From contig RSEE01000017.1 of assembly GCA_003971905.1 (NCBI GenBank), forward strand, positions 744,001 through 808,000: DNA of 64,000 nt, written 5' to 3'. The stretch is from Moniliella sp. 'wahieum'. Lineage: Eukaryota. Both the position numbers and the translations under genes were made by a program. Shown here piece by piece: positions 49,794 to 64,000 of this stretch (its first letter is position 1; each line of letters opens with the position of its first letter). Under the pieces are notes generated by a model. It had not been told where the DNA came from and did no database searches. It saw nothing but the letters and a program-made list of their open reading frames with translations.

Positions 49794-51167
49794 TTACTTG
49801 AACTTGCGCGCCTGGAGCTTCCAGATCGTCTCGAGCATGATGTTGTGGGTGCCCTCGTAGATCTGGCCAATCTTCGAGTCACGGAGGTATTCTCAATGCC
49901 CATCTCACGGTAAACCCGATCCGCCGCACCACTCGACAGCGCGAGCCGAAGCACGCTCGGCAGTGTTGGCAGCAAACAGCTTGGCAATCGCCGCTTCTTC
50001 CACAAACGGACGACCTTCCTCCTTCAACCGTGCTGCATTGTACACCAGCGCACGCGACGCCTCAATCTGCATCGCCACCTCGGCCATCTGGAACTGTATG
50101 CCTTGAAACGAGGCGACGGGGCGACCAAACTGGTTGCGCTCCAGCGCATACCGCACATCCTTCTCGTACGCCCCCTGGGCCAGACCCCATCTGGGCACCA
50201 ATGCCTACCCGGCCTTCATTCAGGATCTCAATCGCAATCTTGTACCCTTTCCCCTCCTCGCCAATCAAGTTCTCAGCTGGACCCGGACATCGTCCAAATT
50301 CAGCGTGCAAGTCGCCGATGCCTTGATACCCAGTTTCTTCTCCTTTTTCGCAATCTCAATCCCTTGCTCCTTCTCCACGGCAAAGGCAGAGATGCCTTTG
50401 TACCCCTTGGACGGGTCGCCCTGAGCAAGATAATAAGAATCCTGCTTCGGCAGCATTGGTAATCCACATCTTGCTGCCGTTGAGAATGTAGGAGCCATCC
50501 TTGTCCTTCTTGTACGACGTCTTCATCGCGAACGCGTCCGACCCCGACGACGGCTCCGACAGGGCAAAGGAGCCAAGCGTACCCTCGGCAGCAAAGGTAA
50601 GTACTTGTCCTGCGAGGCCTTGTTGGCGTACTTGCGCATCACCGTTGCTACCAACGTGTTATGCACATCGCACAACACAGACACGGAAGGGTCCACCTTG
50701 GCCAGCTCTGGAAGGACAACAGATTAGCACACTGCGGCCAAAACAGGAAACAAAGCACGACAAGGGAAGGCAAGGCAAAGCAAAGCAAAGCCAGGAAGGA
50801 AAGAACCCCACCCATCGCACGCACGTACCCTCAATCACAATGATCGCCGAGGTAAAGGACGATCCGCTCCACCATAGTCCGGATCCGTCTCGATGCCCAT
50901 AAAGCCATTCTCAAACAGACCTTGATGATGGCCGGGTCCATCAGCTCCTTCTCGTCCATCTCCGCAACCTTGGGTGCAATCACTTCCTGGGAAAACGAGC
51001 GGATCGAGTCGCGCAGATCTCTTCTTCCTCGGAAAACTTGTTGAGCGAGTTGATGCCAAACGGCGAGTCAAACTCGCGCGCGGGCACCGAGGAAGTCAAC
51101 GTGCGCACGCGTGGGCACAGGCGGATGGCGGGCCCAGCCGAGCGAGCGGCAGTGCGGGCAAGCGCAT
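49794..51167 (-). CDS. Short/branched-chain acyl-CoA dehydrogenase, mitochondrial (ACADSB-like)
   Basis: IAPKVAEMDEKE, GLFENGFMGIE, EELAKVDPSVSVLCDVHNTL, GSFALSEPSSGSDAFAMKT, NGSKMWITN, EKKLGIKASATC, LNEGRVGIGAQM, RNQFG, RDSKIGQIYEGTHNI. Intron 50708-50828. Confidence 0.93.
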
Positions 51168-53113
51168 GGGCACAGCAGGAAGAGGATGCCAGGCAGCAGA
51201 AACGCACAGGTGGTACCAATCGACAGAGACGGCGGAGGCGAAGGCAGATGCACAGGCAGAGGCACAGGCGCGGCCCGCAGCGTGGACAAAGATTTATCCC
51301 ACCCCTTCCCGCGCCTGACGCCATGGTTAACGGATTCCATGGACAAGGAGGGCCGGAGCAGGGGATTGCCGAGGACCGAAGCGGACGGGTGGGAGCAACA
51401 GAGCAGCACGCACGAGCACACAGTCTTCCGCTGTGGCTTCCCCACGGCCCGGCTTTGCCGGCTGCCGGGGCTGACATGCTGCCGCACTAGGGCAGTCTTC
51501 ATTTCCCCCGCGTCTCAGACAGACAGAAGGAGGCGAGGTGAGCGCAGGGAGCATTATGCCACTGTTGCGTGGGAGTTGATTTGCTGGGCCATTAATATTA
51601 TTCGCATGCTGCTTGTCCTGGGGTTGGGGTCGGCCGTAATAGCCACTGCGCTAACCGCTGAAGCGCTTATTCCCGGAACCGAAGTATCCTCTGATGTGTA
51701 AGCGCTACAAGGTAACGACACCCACAGTAACGTATTGGCGTTCAACACGTTCAACAGGCCAGGCGCTACCACACGACCCACCCACATTGCGAAACAGGGA
51801 CAAAACAAATTGAAGAAAGCTTCAGATGGAGCTGGTATTAGGTCTGAAGTTGATCTGAAGCTTCAAGGTCCAAGATTGAAGCTTGACGAAGTGCCGTTGG
51901 GACACAGACCACAGACAGTCGTAAGAATGAGAGTCATCCTGCGGGTAGACCTAACGTCCTCAAAACGTTCAACATACCCCAAATCTTCTTCCTGAAGCTA
52001 AAGTAATGCATATTGTCACAGCCTACCGTATGATAGAGGCAATCGCCGTACGAGTAGCAGGCGCACACAAACGCTTGCCACCACTCCTTCCGCACATGTA
52101 ACACATACGCCCAATACACCCTGTAAGCGCTACAAGTCAATCAAACGGGGCCTTATACGGATGGAGGGAGGTTGATCATCGACAGATATCCCTCTCGACG
52201 TTTCTTCTGTTACTGTCTCCCTACATCAGCCACACAGAAAGAGATTCGTCCGCGAAAGGGAGGAGAGAATAGTACCAGCGGTGTCGGGGGTTGCAATGCC
52301 TGTAGTACGTAGGCCGCGACGCCTTACCACCCGGTCGTGGCCCCTTAACTTCTGAAGCCTATACGTGCTTACACCGGTCCTGTTGTAACGGTCTGGTTCC
52401 CGAGAGAAAAAAGCAACCTTGCCTGACGGGGCCGAGAGGGGGCCAACTCTCTGCCTGTCGAATGCGAAAAGGAGATGGGTTCTTTCACTCCCCCCCGTGC
52501 TTTGACGACCGGAATCGGACCTTGAAGCGGGCTGGGTCAATTCTCGCCCGCGCTGAGCCATTGGCGTGGCACGACGGACGGTCTTTGGTCCGATTGCTCC
52601 TCCTATGAGATGGGGATGGAACGATGGTCTCCACGTACGACTGTCTTGTCCCCGCGCCTAGGGGCAGTTTAGCTGGTTCCTTGCGCTTGGGGGCGCACTG
52701 GCTGCCCTTGGTGCTGTTTAATTTGCTTCGTTTTCCGGTCACCCGTAAAGCGTAACGTGCCTCGACCTTTGGCTACCCCCCAGAACAATACACCAGTATA
52801 TACCTGCACCCTGCTCCACATGCAACATGATGCCGCCAACGTTTCCTCACTAAATTGATTGACTGACCAGATCTCTACCCCTGCATCCGACTCAGTCCGA
52901 AAGCAGTTTGCTCTGGCCTTGGCTTGACCGTGGGACGTAGTCCCATGTGGCTTGTGTGATGTTCGTCCACACAGGAAGCAGAGCTACGCTGCTACGAATG
53001 GCAGCCCCTCCACGCCAAACCCTGTTGGAAGCGATGGCGTGCAGGAGCTGCTTACGGAGAGGTGCCCAGGGCAAGGGGATGAGAAGCCTAGTGAGGCCGG
53101 TATACACTTACAC

Positions 53114-53498
53114 TTAGTGCTTGCCCGCTGCCTTCTCGGCCTTCTCAGCGTCGGCGACGAACTTCTTGATAAAGTCCTCCTCCTCACTGTTGCGTGCACG
53201 TTCACGTTAGTATGTGCGCAGGGCGGGAGCGCGGGGGGGGAAGATACGCACGTGCTGGAGGCCGAGATGACGGGCTCGGTGGGGCCCGGGGCGGTACCGG
53301 CCTTGGGGCGGCTCATGAAGAAGGCGATCCCGCCGTAGAGGCCGAGGATGCCGGCGGAAAGGAGCGGCTTGGACACTTCGCGGCCTGGGGGACGGAGAGA
53401 GGACAGACGGAAGGGAGAGTCAGCAGGATGCGGGGCTGGGGCCGTGGTGGCAGCGCGCAGCAGCAAACACACGAACGAGTAGGAGTAGTAGCAACCAT
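53114..53498 (-). CDS. ATP19: Mitochondrial ATP synthase subunit k
   Basis: Three exons (introns 53385-53476 and 53187-53251) give M...YYSY|GREVSKPLLSAGILGLYGGIAFFM...VISASS|TEEEDFIKKFVADAEK...*, matching the fungal Atp19 pattern (I.ASS.EEE.FIK.F). Confidence 0.8.
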
Positions 53499-53885
53499 GG
53501 CGAACAAGCGGGGTGGGTGAGAAGAACAGCGGCTGCCCTCGCTTCTGCCTCTTGGCGTCGCTTCTGCCTCGCTCACTCGCCCCCCGCCGCGGCGTCCACA
53601 GTGCCGCCTGCCCAGCGCCCTGCTGGCGCCCCAACCCTAGCACGTGTCCGCTGACAAAACGCGTCGGCAGCGTCCGCGTCGGCTGCGCTGGCGCCTTACG
53701 TCAGGCGCTGGGCAGCAGCGGACGTTCGGCACGTGCGCCATCTGCCACTTTCAAATTCCGCGCCGTCGCGCGGTGGGTGCTGGGTGTGCTTCCTGAGCGT
53801 TAGGCCGATGCGAATGCCGAGCCCATTGCCAGTGCGAGAATGCCCGTGCGATGCTCGTGCGAATCCCAATGCGACTGTCAGTGCG

Positions 53886-55027
53886 ATGGCCGCCACGCGC
53901 GCCGCTGCGCGTCCACCTCGCCCCCCCGCGGCTGCCCCAGCCCGGCTTTACGCCACCCAGCCACACCCGCCCATCGAGCTGGCTACGCACAACGGCTCCT
54001 TCCATGCCGACGAGGCGCTCGCCGTCGCCCTCGTCCGCCGCCACCCACGCTTTGCTTCCCTCGCCCTCACCCGCACCCGCGACCCCGCCTTGCTGGATCG
54101 CGCAGCCCTCGTCCTGGACGTGGGGGGCGTGTACGATCCATCCACCCTGCGCTTTGACCACCACCAGCGTAGCTTCGACTCCACCTTTGACGCCGCCCAT
54201 ACGGTGTGGTGCGTCTCTCTTCGGCTGGCCTGTGTGGAAGTACGTCGTGTCCTCCCCCCCCCTCCCCTCTTCGCCGCGAAAACTAAATGGAAAACACTCC
54301 CAGACACTTTGGCCAAGACATCCTCGCACACAACTTTCCCCATCTGACCCCACTCGAGAGTGGAGACGGTTTGGATCAAGCTCTACGACGATGTGGTCCA
54401 ATCCATTGACGCGATTGACAATGGAATCCCACGTAGCAACCCGCCTTCCCACTATTCCATTCGCACCGACCTTTCTTCTCGCATTAAGCGGCTCAACCGC
54501 GCTGGAACCAAGTGGTGACCGATGCCGAGTTGGACACCAAGTTTGCTCAGGCCAGCGCGATGGCCGGACAAGAGTTTTGGGACATGGTGGAAGACACGGT
54601 GCATTCCTGGATTCCCGCACGCGCCGTGGTACATGAAGCCATGTTGACGCGCACCAGCAAGGTACCCGGTGTCGAGGGACAGGTACTCGTGCTGCCCTGT
54701 GCGGCTCCGTGGAAACAGCACCTGTTCAATTGGGAGCGCGCTCTGGCTGTGGATCAGCCCATCCTCTATGTGCTGTACCCGGACGAACACGGCCGCTGGC
54801 GCGTACAAGCCGCCCCCGAGTCGTTAAGAGAGCTTTGCGTGTCGCAAAGCGCTGCCAAAGCCGTGGCGGGGGTTGAGAGACGATGTGATAGCCAGCGTTA
54901 CTGGTATTCCGACTGCACGTTTGTTCATGCCACCGGCTTTATCGGAGGCAGCCTCACCTATGAAGGGCGGTCGCCATGGCACTTCAGGCACTGGCATGGA
55001 ATCCCGAAGGGAATACATGAATACTGA
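53886..55027 (+). CDS. MYG1: MYG1 / UPF0160 family 3'-5' exoribonuclease, with a probable mitochondrial presequence
   Basis: LATHNGSFHADEALA, TRTRDP, VLDVGGVYDP, RFDHHQRSF, RLSSAGLVWK|HFG, IDAIDNGI, YVLYPDE..WRVQA, FVHATGFIGG. Intron 54240-54303. Confidence 0.92.
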
Positions 55028-56026
55028 TGCATAGCCAAGGCGAGCAAAGAGGGTATGGGATGCGCTTAAAACGCGTGCTTGCACTGGCGACCACTGATTG
55101 GAATGTTTGGGAACCTGTACAACCAGGTCAATGTACTAAGGACACAGAGCAAGCACGGCGAGGCAAACGTGCGCCCTTGCTGCGTTTGTTAGGCGATACA
55201 GCTCCTTTTCCCGCATGATCCATCCTTGTCGACCTGGCCCGCCTTGGCTTTGGTCCTCATCTCCTTGGCAAGGCGCTTCGACTCGTGCCCTGGCTCGTTG
55301 TACCATCCCCCCTTTGTGCGACGAGCCGGGGGAATGGCTTGGACCGGCTCGGCCGTCGCACGCTGGCCGGCAGCACCAACCTTTGTTCAACGCTGAGAAC
55401 GAAGAGGTAGAACTTGGCTAAAGCTTCTAGAAACGCGTGTTGGCGGTGTACTCGGTCGCCTCATGCAAATACAGCTGCTCATTTAATGTAACAGGTTCTA
55501 CCCATTTTCATCGCAAACAAAACAGCGTTTAACCCCTCAGTACCGTTTTCGACAGTGGAAGAAGTGCGAAAACGTTTTGGCCGAGGCCTGGGGCCAAGCG
55601 GCGACGCCCAACCTGGACCGGTTTGTTTGCGCTTCACGGACGATGCACTGCAATTGGCCCAAGAATCCAAACCAAACTGACCAAGCACATCTCAACCGAG
55701 CAGTTCAACTCAACGGTCAGACCTGACATGTATACCGCCTTACCACAACAATACACGTTTACCATGCCACCACACGCACAGAGCAAGCGTAGTAGAATGC
55801 GTGCGCAAGGTGGTTTTGCAGAATGTAGGCCTATGTGACCAGGGGAAACACGATCCTATACAAAAGGGACTGCGATGGACAGTTATGGACAGTTCCAGCA
55901 TCCAGGCACGAGGGCCGATACGAGGAGAGACGACAAGGCAGAGCATAACGGAACAGAGGGAGGAAGAGCGTAACCCGGCATGGAAACCAGAACGGGATCG
56001 AGCCCAGAATCCCAGAAAATGCCAGT

Positions 56027-56325
56027 TCACTTTCCCTTTTGGCCTTGGGGTCCCCCACCTTCGGCGGCGCGGGCAGCCTTGCCTGGAAAGAAGGTACGAT
56101 GTCAGTCGAGAGAATGCCAGATGTCAGGATGCCAAAAAGGGTCGCGCAGGGCACCCGGGCGCGCGACGGACAGACTTACAGCCATCTTTTGACGGATAAT
56201 CTCCGCGTCCTGCTCGCGGCGCGGGCAAGCGAGGTGGCGGACTGCTTGGCCTTGCCCTTGTTGGCCGCTGCGGCTTTCTTCTGCGCCTTGGCCCGGTCCT
56301 GCTCACGCTGGTTGCCGCGGGTCAT
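56027..56325 (-). CDS. SERF/4F5 family small EDRK-rich protein
   Basis: MTRGNQREQDRAKAQKK...REQDAEIIRQKMA, intron about 56083-56179 (GTAAGT...CTGAC...CAG), and a short terminal exon. Confidence 0.85.
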
Positions 56326-56533
56326 GGCGGCGGTGTGGTTGGGCAGGCAGACTAGCGGGCGGTAGAGCCTGTAGAGCACCCGCCGTGCCTCTGCGCGCCG
56401 CGAGGAGAAAATGAGGCGTTGGGGCGGAATTACATAACCCTTAGTCCCGCCTGGCCACGGCCGCCACCAGTACCACTTCCAGTGCCATTAGATTGCAGCT
56501 TGGCTCTGCTTTGCCGCGTTGCTGCACCGCACG

Positions 56534-59739
<3,206 letters not shown>

Positions 59740-60199
59740 GACTAGACTCATCGACGTGTTAGACGTTGAGTGTCAATGCGTTAATGTCATCATGGATGCG
59801 ACGCCGCCCTCTCTGTTTCGGCGACGGCACGAAGGCACAGGAGGGAGGTCCGAGTAGTACTGGCAGACAGAGGGACAGATGGCCCCACATAGCAAGGCAT
59901 CGAATGGGGGAACAGAGACAGATTATACACACCACGCGCAGCGCTTTTTAGGGCCGGTACCACCGGCTACCCATCGGGGGTGGGGGCAAGACGCCGGTTG
60001 GGGGTGGCCGGCTACGGCCCGCAGCCACAAGCGCCACGAAGCATCAATCTTCTTGCGGATGGCACTGGCCGCAGGCCTGGGCTCGCTTAGTTGCCTGGCG
60101 GTCGCCGCATCGCTGAAGCGAGAGGGAGGCAGGGCTCCAGGGCGCGCCGCTTCAGGCCCCGGCAGTGCGTCGGGCCGGTGCCCATCAGTCCTTGATTAT

Positions 60200-61597
60200 C
60201 CGCTTCTCCGCCCTCCTCCGTATCCGTCGCCCGCCACCAGCGCTCGCCAAGTAGTAGCCACTAAGCACTTATAGTACGCTTGGGCGCATGCCTGCTCGGG
60301 CGACTGTAGCTGGCTTGGCGTGGCTCTGCCTCTTTCTGCGCCTCTGACCGCCTAGCCATCCCCCGTCCACCTGCCCCTGCCTGCCTCCCCCATGGTCGTC
60401 CCCTCGTGCACGCGGCTGCCGCCTCCGCCGCTCCGCCGCCGTCGAGGGCGTGTTCATCCTCATGGCGCCCGCACGCCCACACCTCCTTCAACGGCGCGCT
60501 GGCCAAAGCCACCGCGCCCCAGCTCGCCGCCAAAGCGATCCAGGCCGCCGTCGAACGCGCTGGCGTGGCCGCCAAGATGTGGAAGAGGCCTTGATTGGCA
60601 ATGTGGTGCAGGCTCGCTGGCCAAGCTCCGGCCCGCCAAGCAGTGTGGCTGCTGGCTTGCCCGCCTCGACCGAAGCGACGACGATCAACAAGGTGTGTGC
60701 GTCGGGGCTGAAAAGCGTGGGCGTTGATGGCGTCGCAACTGGCTTGGGCCATCGTGCCCTGGGCATTGCAGGTGGCATGGAGTCCATGTCCAATGCCCCG
60801 TTTTATGTCAAGCGCGGCGCGCCTCGGGCTTTGGCCATGGCCATCTCACCGACTCGTTGGTGCAGACGGATTGTTGACGTGTACAATAAGGTCATGATGG
60901 GCGTCTGTGCTGAAAAGACAGCGGCCGACCTGAAGATTGGACGGGAGGCACAGGACGATTACGCACTCAGTCGTATCGCCGTGCCGCTGAAGCCTGGGCT
61001 AACGAGAGTGTTTGATGCCGAGCTTGCACCCGTGACGATTACCGACAGCGCAAGGGCGACCAGATCGTCCGTCGGACGAAGGGTTTGAGAATGCCAACGA
61101 GGCCAAGATCCGTGCCTGAAACCTGTCTTCCAAAAAGATGGCACGGTGACCGCCGCCAACGCCTCGAGCTTGGCCGATGGAGCGAGCGCACTGTTGTTGG
61201 CTATGAGAGCGCGGTGGACCAAAAATCGTACAAGCCTCTAGCTCGCATCCTCTCCTTTGCCGACCACGCGCTCTGGCCCCGATGGACTTTGGCATTGCCC
61301 CCGCTGGGGCAATTAACAAGGCGCTGGCCCGCGCCGGGCTTACCAAGGAGGATATTGCCTTGTTTCGAGATCAACGAGGCGTTTGCCGTTGTACCGCTGG
61401 CTAACATCCAGCTCCTTGGCCTGGACCCCGCCAAGGTCAACGTCTTGGGCGGCGGGGGGTCTGGGCCACCGATTGGCAGCTCGGGCAGCCGAATCCTCGT
61501 CACGCTCCTCCACGCCCTCAAGCCGGGCCAAAAGGGGGTCGCGGCAGTGTGCAACGGAGGCGGCGCGGCCACTGCTTTGGTAGTGGAGAAGCTTTGA
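60200..61597 (+). CDS. Acetyl-CoA acetyltransferase (thiolase II; ERG10/ACAT1-like)
   Basis: ARTP..SFNGAL, GNVVQA, TTINKVCASGLKS, AGGMESMSNAPF, MGVCAE, REAQDDYA, GTVTAANAS, EINEAF, KVNVLGG, LGH(P)IGSSG, VCNGGGAA. The start is unresolved; there is a probable intron at 60274-60355. Confidence 0.9.
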
Positions 61598-61705
61598 GCA
61601 GGCTGTCTCGAACGGAGGAGGGTCGGCGGGCACGTTGTCAGCTACTAAGTATGCGCCGACATGATCCGCTGTAACAGGCTATGGCTCGAGGAGACGAGAA
61701 ATGGC

Positions 61706-61742
61706 TGTGTGTGTGTGTATGTGTGTGTATGTGTATGTGTGC
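61706..61742. repeat. Imperfect (TG)n microsatellite
   Basis: tgtgtgtgtgtgtatgtgtgtgtatgtgtatgtgtgc. Confidence 0.85.
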
Positions 61743-62196
61743 GACGGAGGGCCTGCGACGGAAGCAACAAAAGCGATCCCCTGCGGTGCCCCGATGTTAG
61801 ATGCCGGAACACAGAACCCGAGATTAGGCAAAAAAGCAGCGTGCTTGCGTTCCCCCTTTCCCACTGCAACCTGCAACCTGCGCCTCCCCACCGAATCAGT
61901 GAATAGTGATATTGAGCCTAGAGTAGGGCTGAGATGGCCTGGTTTTCTTTCTAATGGCGAGTGCACGCATGCGCTGTCCTTGGGTTGTCCCAATAGCTTT
62001 GTCCTTCAGTAGCATCATTCATTGCCCCCTCGCCCAGCTCCACCCAGCTCTGGTCCAAGCCGCCACGCCCGTCTTGGTCCACCTGTCCTCTGCGGTGATG
62101 CTGTTGGGGGAGGCGACCCGCCGCGGCTCTGGCTGCTCTGGCTGCCCAGACCCCGCTGTTCCAGCGCGCGCGCTCACGTCCGCCGCTCTCTCCTCC

Positions 62197-63958
62197 TCAT
62201 TCCTCCTCTTTCAACGCCGACGACGGAGCAGAGCGCAGCACCTCGTCTCCGTCGGCACTGCTGCCCGTCTCTAGGACGAGGGACATCCAAGTCGGCCGAA
62301 CCGGGGCCCGAGGGGACCGGTGCAGGCCCCGACGCTGCGCCCTGCCGGGAAAAGTTAACTTGGTACCCTTGTACTCGCTCCACCCCATTGTCCCGTTGAC
62401 CAGCGCCGAGTGGGACGGTGTACGCCGTGGTCCCTCTTGCCCCGCCCCATGACGGCGCCGGCGCCGGCGCCCCGACAGAGGCAAGCGCGTCTGGATCTGC
62501 CGGATAAAGTCGAAAGGCGCTGGTACAATGCCTCGATCCACGCCACCACAGGTTGCGGCAGCTTGGCCGCGACCGCAAGGCGAGCCTGGCTCCACGCTTG
62601 CCACAGCGGCTCAACGTCCCGCCCACACTGGGATCCCGGAGGCTCACCCGCATCCGTGGCCGCAAGGGCCGCTCGGCATCCGAGGCAAGAATCAGGTCCA
62701 ACACGGTATCCGTCACGCGGTGGCTTAGCGGCTCCTTGTCCGTCCAGGTCGCCTTGGCGTCCGGCGGGCAAGGAGAGGACAGTGAAGCGCAACAGGCGTA
62801 CGGCTTGAGCGTTGGCTTGGGCCGAGGCACGTTCCGAAGCTGACTGGCGCAACGTCGAGGCCGCACTCGTCGCGCCCTCGGCTACCAAACGGGCCACATT
62901 GCCCGACGCAGTGTGCGCCGCCGCGCCATCAATCAGGGTGAGAACAGTGAGCGGCGTCAAGTATTCTGGGTTTTGCGTGTAAATCCGTTGAGGTCCCAAG
63001 CGCAGTTCGGGAGCAACGCCGAAATCGCCGCGACGGGCGCGGTCACATGAGCACTGAGCGTACGCTGCAGCGATGCGCCGGCACTGGCGGCCGAAGTGGC
63101 CAGGTTGGCCATGCTGCCCTCCTCGGCGGTCGGAGACGAGGCGGACATGTACGACAAGGCATTCACAATGCCAATCAGGATCACCCCATCGCCGGGCGCG
63201 CAAACGGGTCGCCCGACGCATGGAGCGGGAACCGAAGCGCCAAGGCCGACTTGACATCCGCCACAAACCCATCCACCACCGACCGGCAGCGACGCCAGAT
63301 CAAAGTGCCGCACCGCCACATACCCACGACTGGAAGGCAACAGCTGCGTGTCCAGGCTGCGGAAACTGGCGGGATTGCTGACGGCCGCAATGACGATCAG
63401 GCCCTCGGAGGTTAAACTGGTGACGAGCGCACGCCCCAGCGGGGTGTCGGCACCCAGGACGATGACGGCCTCGCGGCGAATGCCATTGCGTACGCGGGCA
63501 GGGCGACGACAGGCGCACAGCACGACCGCACAGACGGTTCGCCACGGCCCGGGTGGCGTCGGGGCAACATAGTGGCAGGCGAGGCCGAGACCGACCGAGG
63601 TGGCGGCTGCGCCGGCAACGAGGGCCAAGGGTGGTCCCTGGCCCAGCCGAGCGGGGCAGATAGCAGTGTCGGCGGGGGCGGGGGCGGGGGCGGGGCGGGG
63701 GGAGGGTGGAGGGAGAAGCTTGCCCTGGAGCGTGTGGAGCCCCTCCTGGACGCTGTCGGGCCGGGGCGGTAGCGGGCGAGCTCGTCGGCGAGGGTGTGGT
63801 AGTACGACTGGGCCGTGTCGGCGACGTGCTGCGGGAGGTCGCGCTGTGGTGGTGGTGGTGGGGGGGTCAGCAGCAGGTGGTGTGGGAGGGGGGGGGGCGT
63901 ACCAGACTGTCGGGCCAGTGGGCGTCGAGCCACTGCTCCATGTCGGCTATACTCGCAT
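62197..63958 (-). CDS. Conserved fungal protein with a Rossmann-like region (DUF1776-like)
   Basis: Transmembrane-like segment ALVAGAAATSVGLGLA, then VRNGIRREAVIVLGADTPLGRALVTSLTSEGLIVIAAVS, SSRGYVA, LRFPLHASGDPF. Frameshifted. Confidence 0.6.
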
Positions 63959-64000
63959 GGCGGCGGCGAGGCAGGCAGCGGTGGCGGCGGGCTGGTCTGG

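Overview
64 kb of eukaryotic fungal nuclear DNA. Short GT(A/G)NGT...CTRAC...YAG introns, GC-rich exons and the gene set suggest a basidiomycete, probably Ustilaginomycotina (inference). Almost every CDS, including essential housekeeping genes, carries 1-nt frameshifts, so this looks like an unpolished long-read assembly and all boundaries are approximate. Genes recognised, left to right: an orphan ORF, a Ksp1/Ran1-type Ser/Thr kinase, an HSL-family alpha/beta hydrolase, a classical SDR, a Qdr-like DHA1 MFS transporter, a Zn(II)2Cys6 transcription factor, an alpha-arrestin, a HOL1-type MFS transporter, ROT1, a protein with two Myb/SANT-like domains of the PIF/Harbinger ORF1 type, short/branched-chain acyl-CoA dehydrogenase, ATP19, MYG1, a SERF/4F5 protein, PRP2/Cdc28 helicase, acetyl-CoA acetyltransferase and a DUF1776-like protein. 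No rRNA, convincing tRNA, CRISPR or intact transposon was seen. Three observations stand out. (1) A short uORF (MPLLPKPPYSVSRPC*) precedes the HOL1 homologue and resembles known polyamine/eIF5A-sensing uORFs, but with variant motifs. (2) The long intergenic regions carry 7-bp-period micro-arrays with one shared grammar: TCA or TGA followed by a palindromic tetramer. All 12 G/C-containing palindromic tetramers are used, sometimes switching in register within one tract. (3) The double Myb/SANT gene looks like a domesticated Harbinger ORF1.
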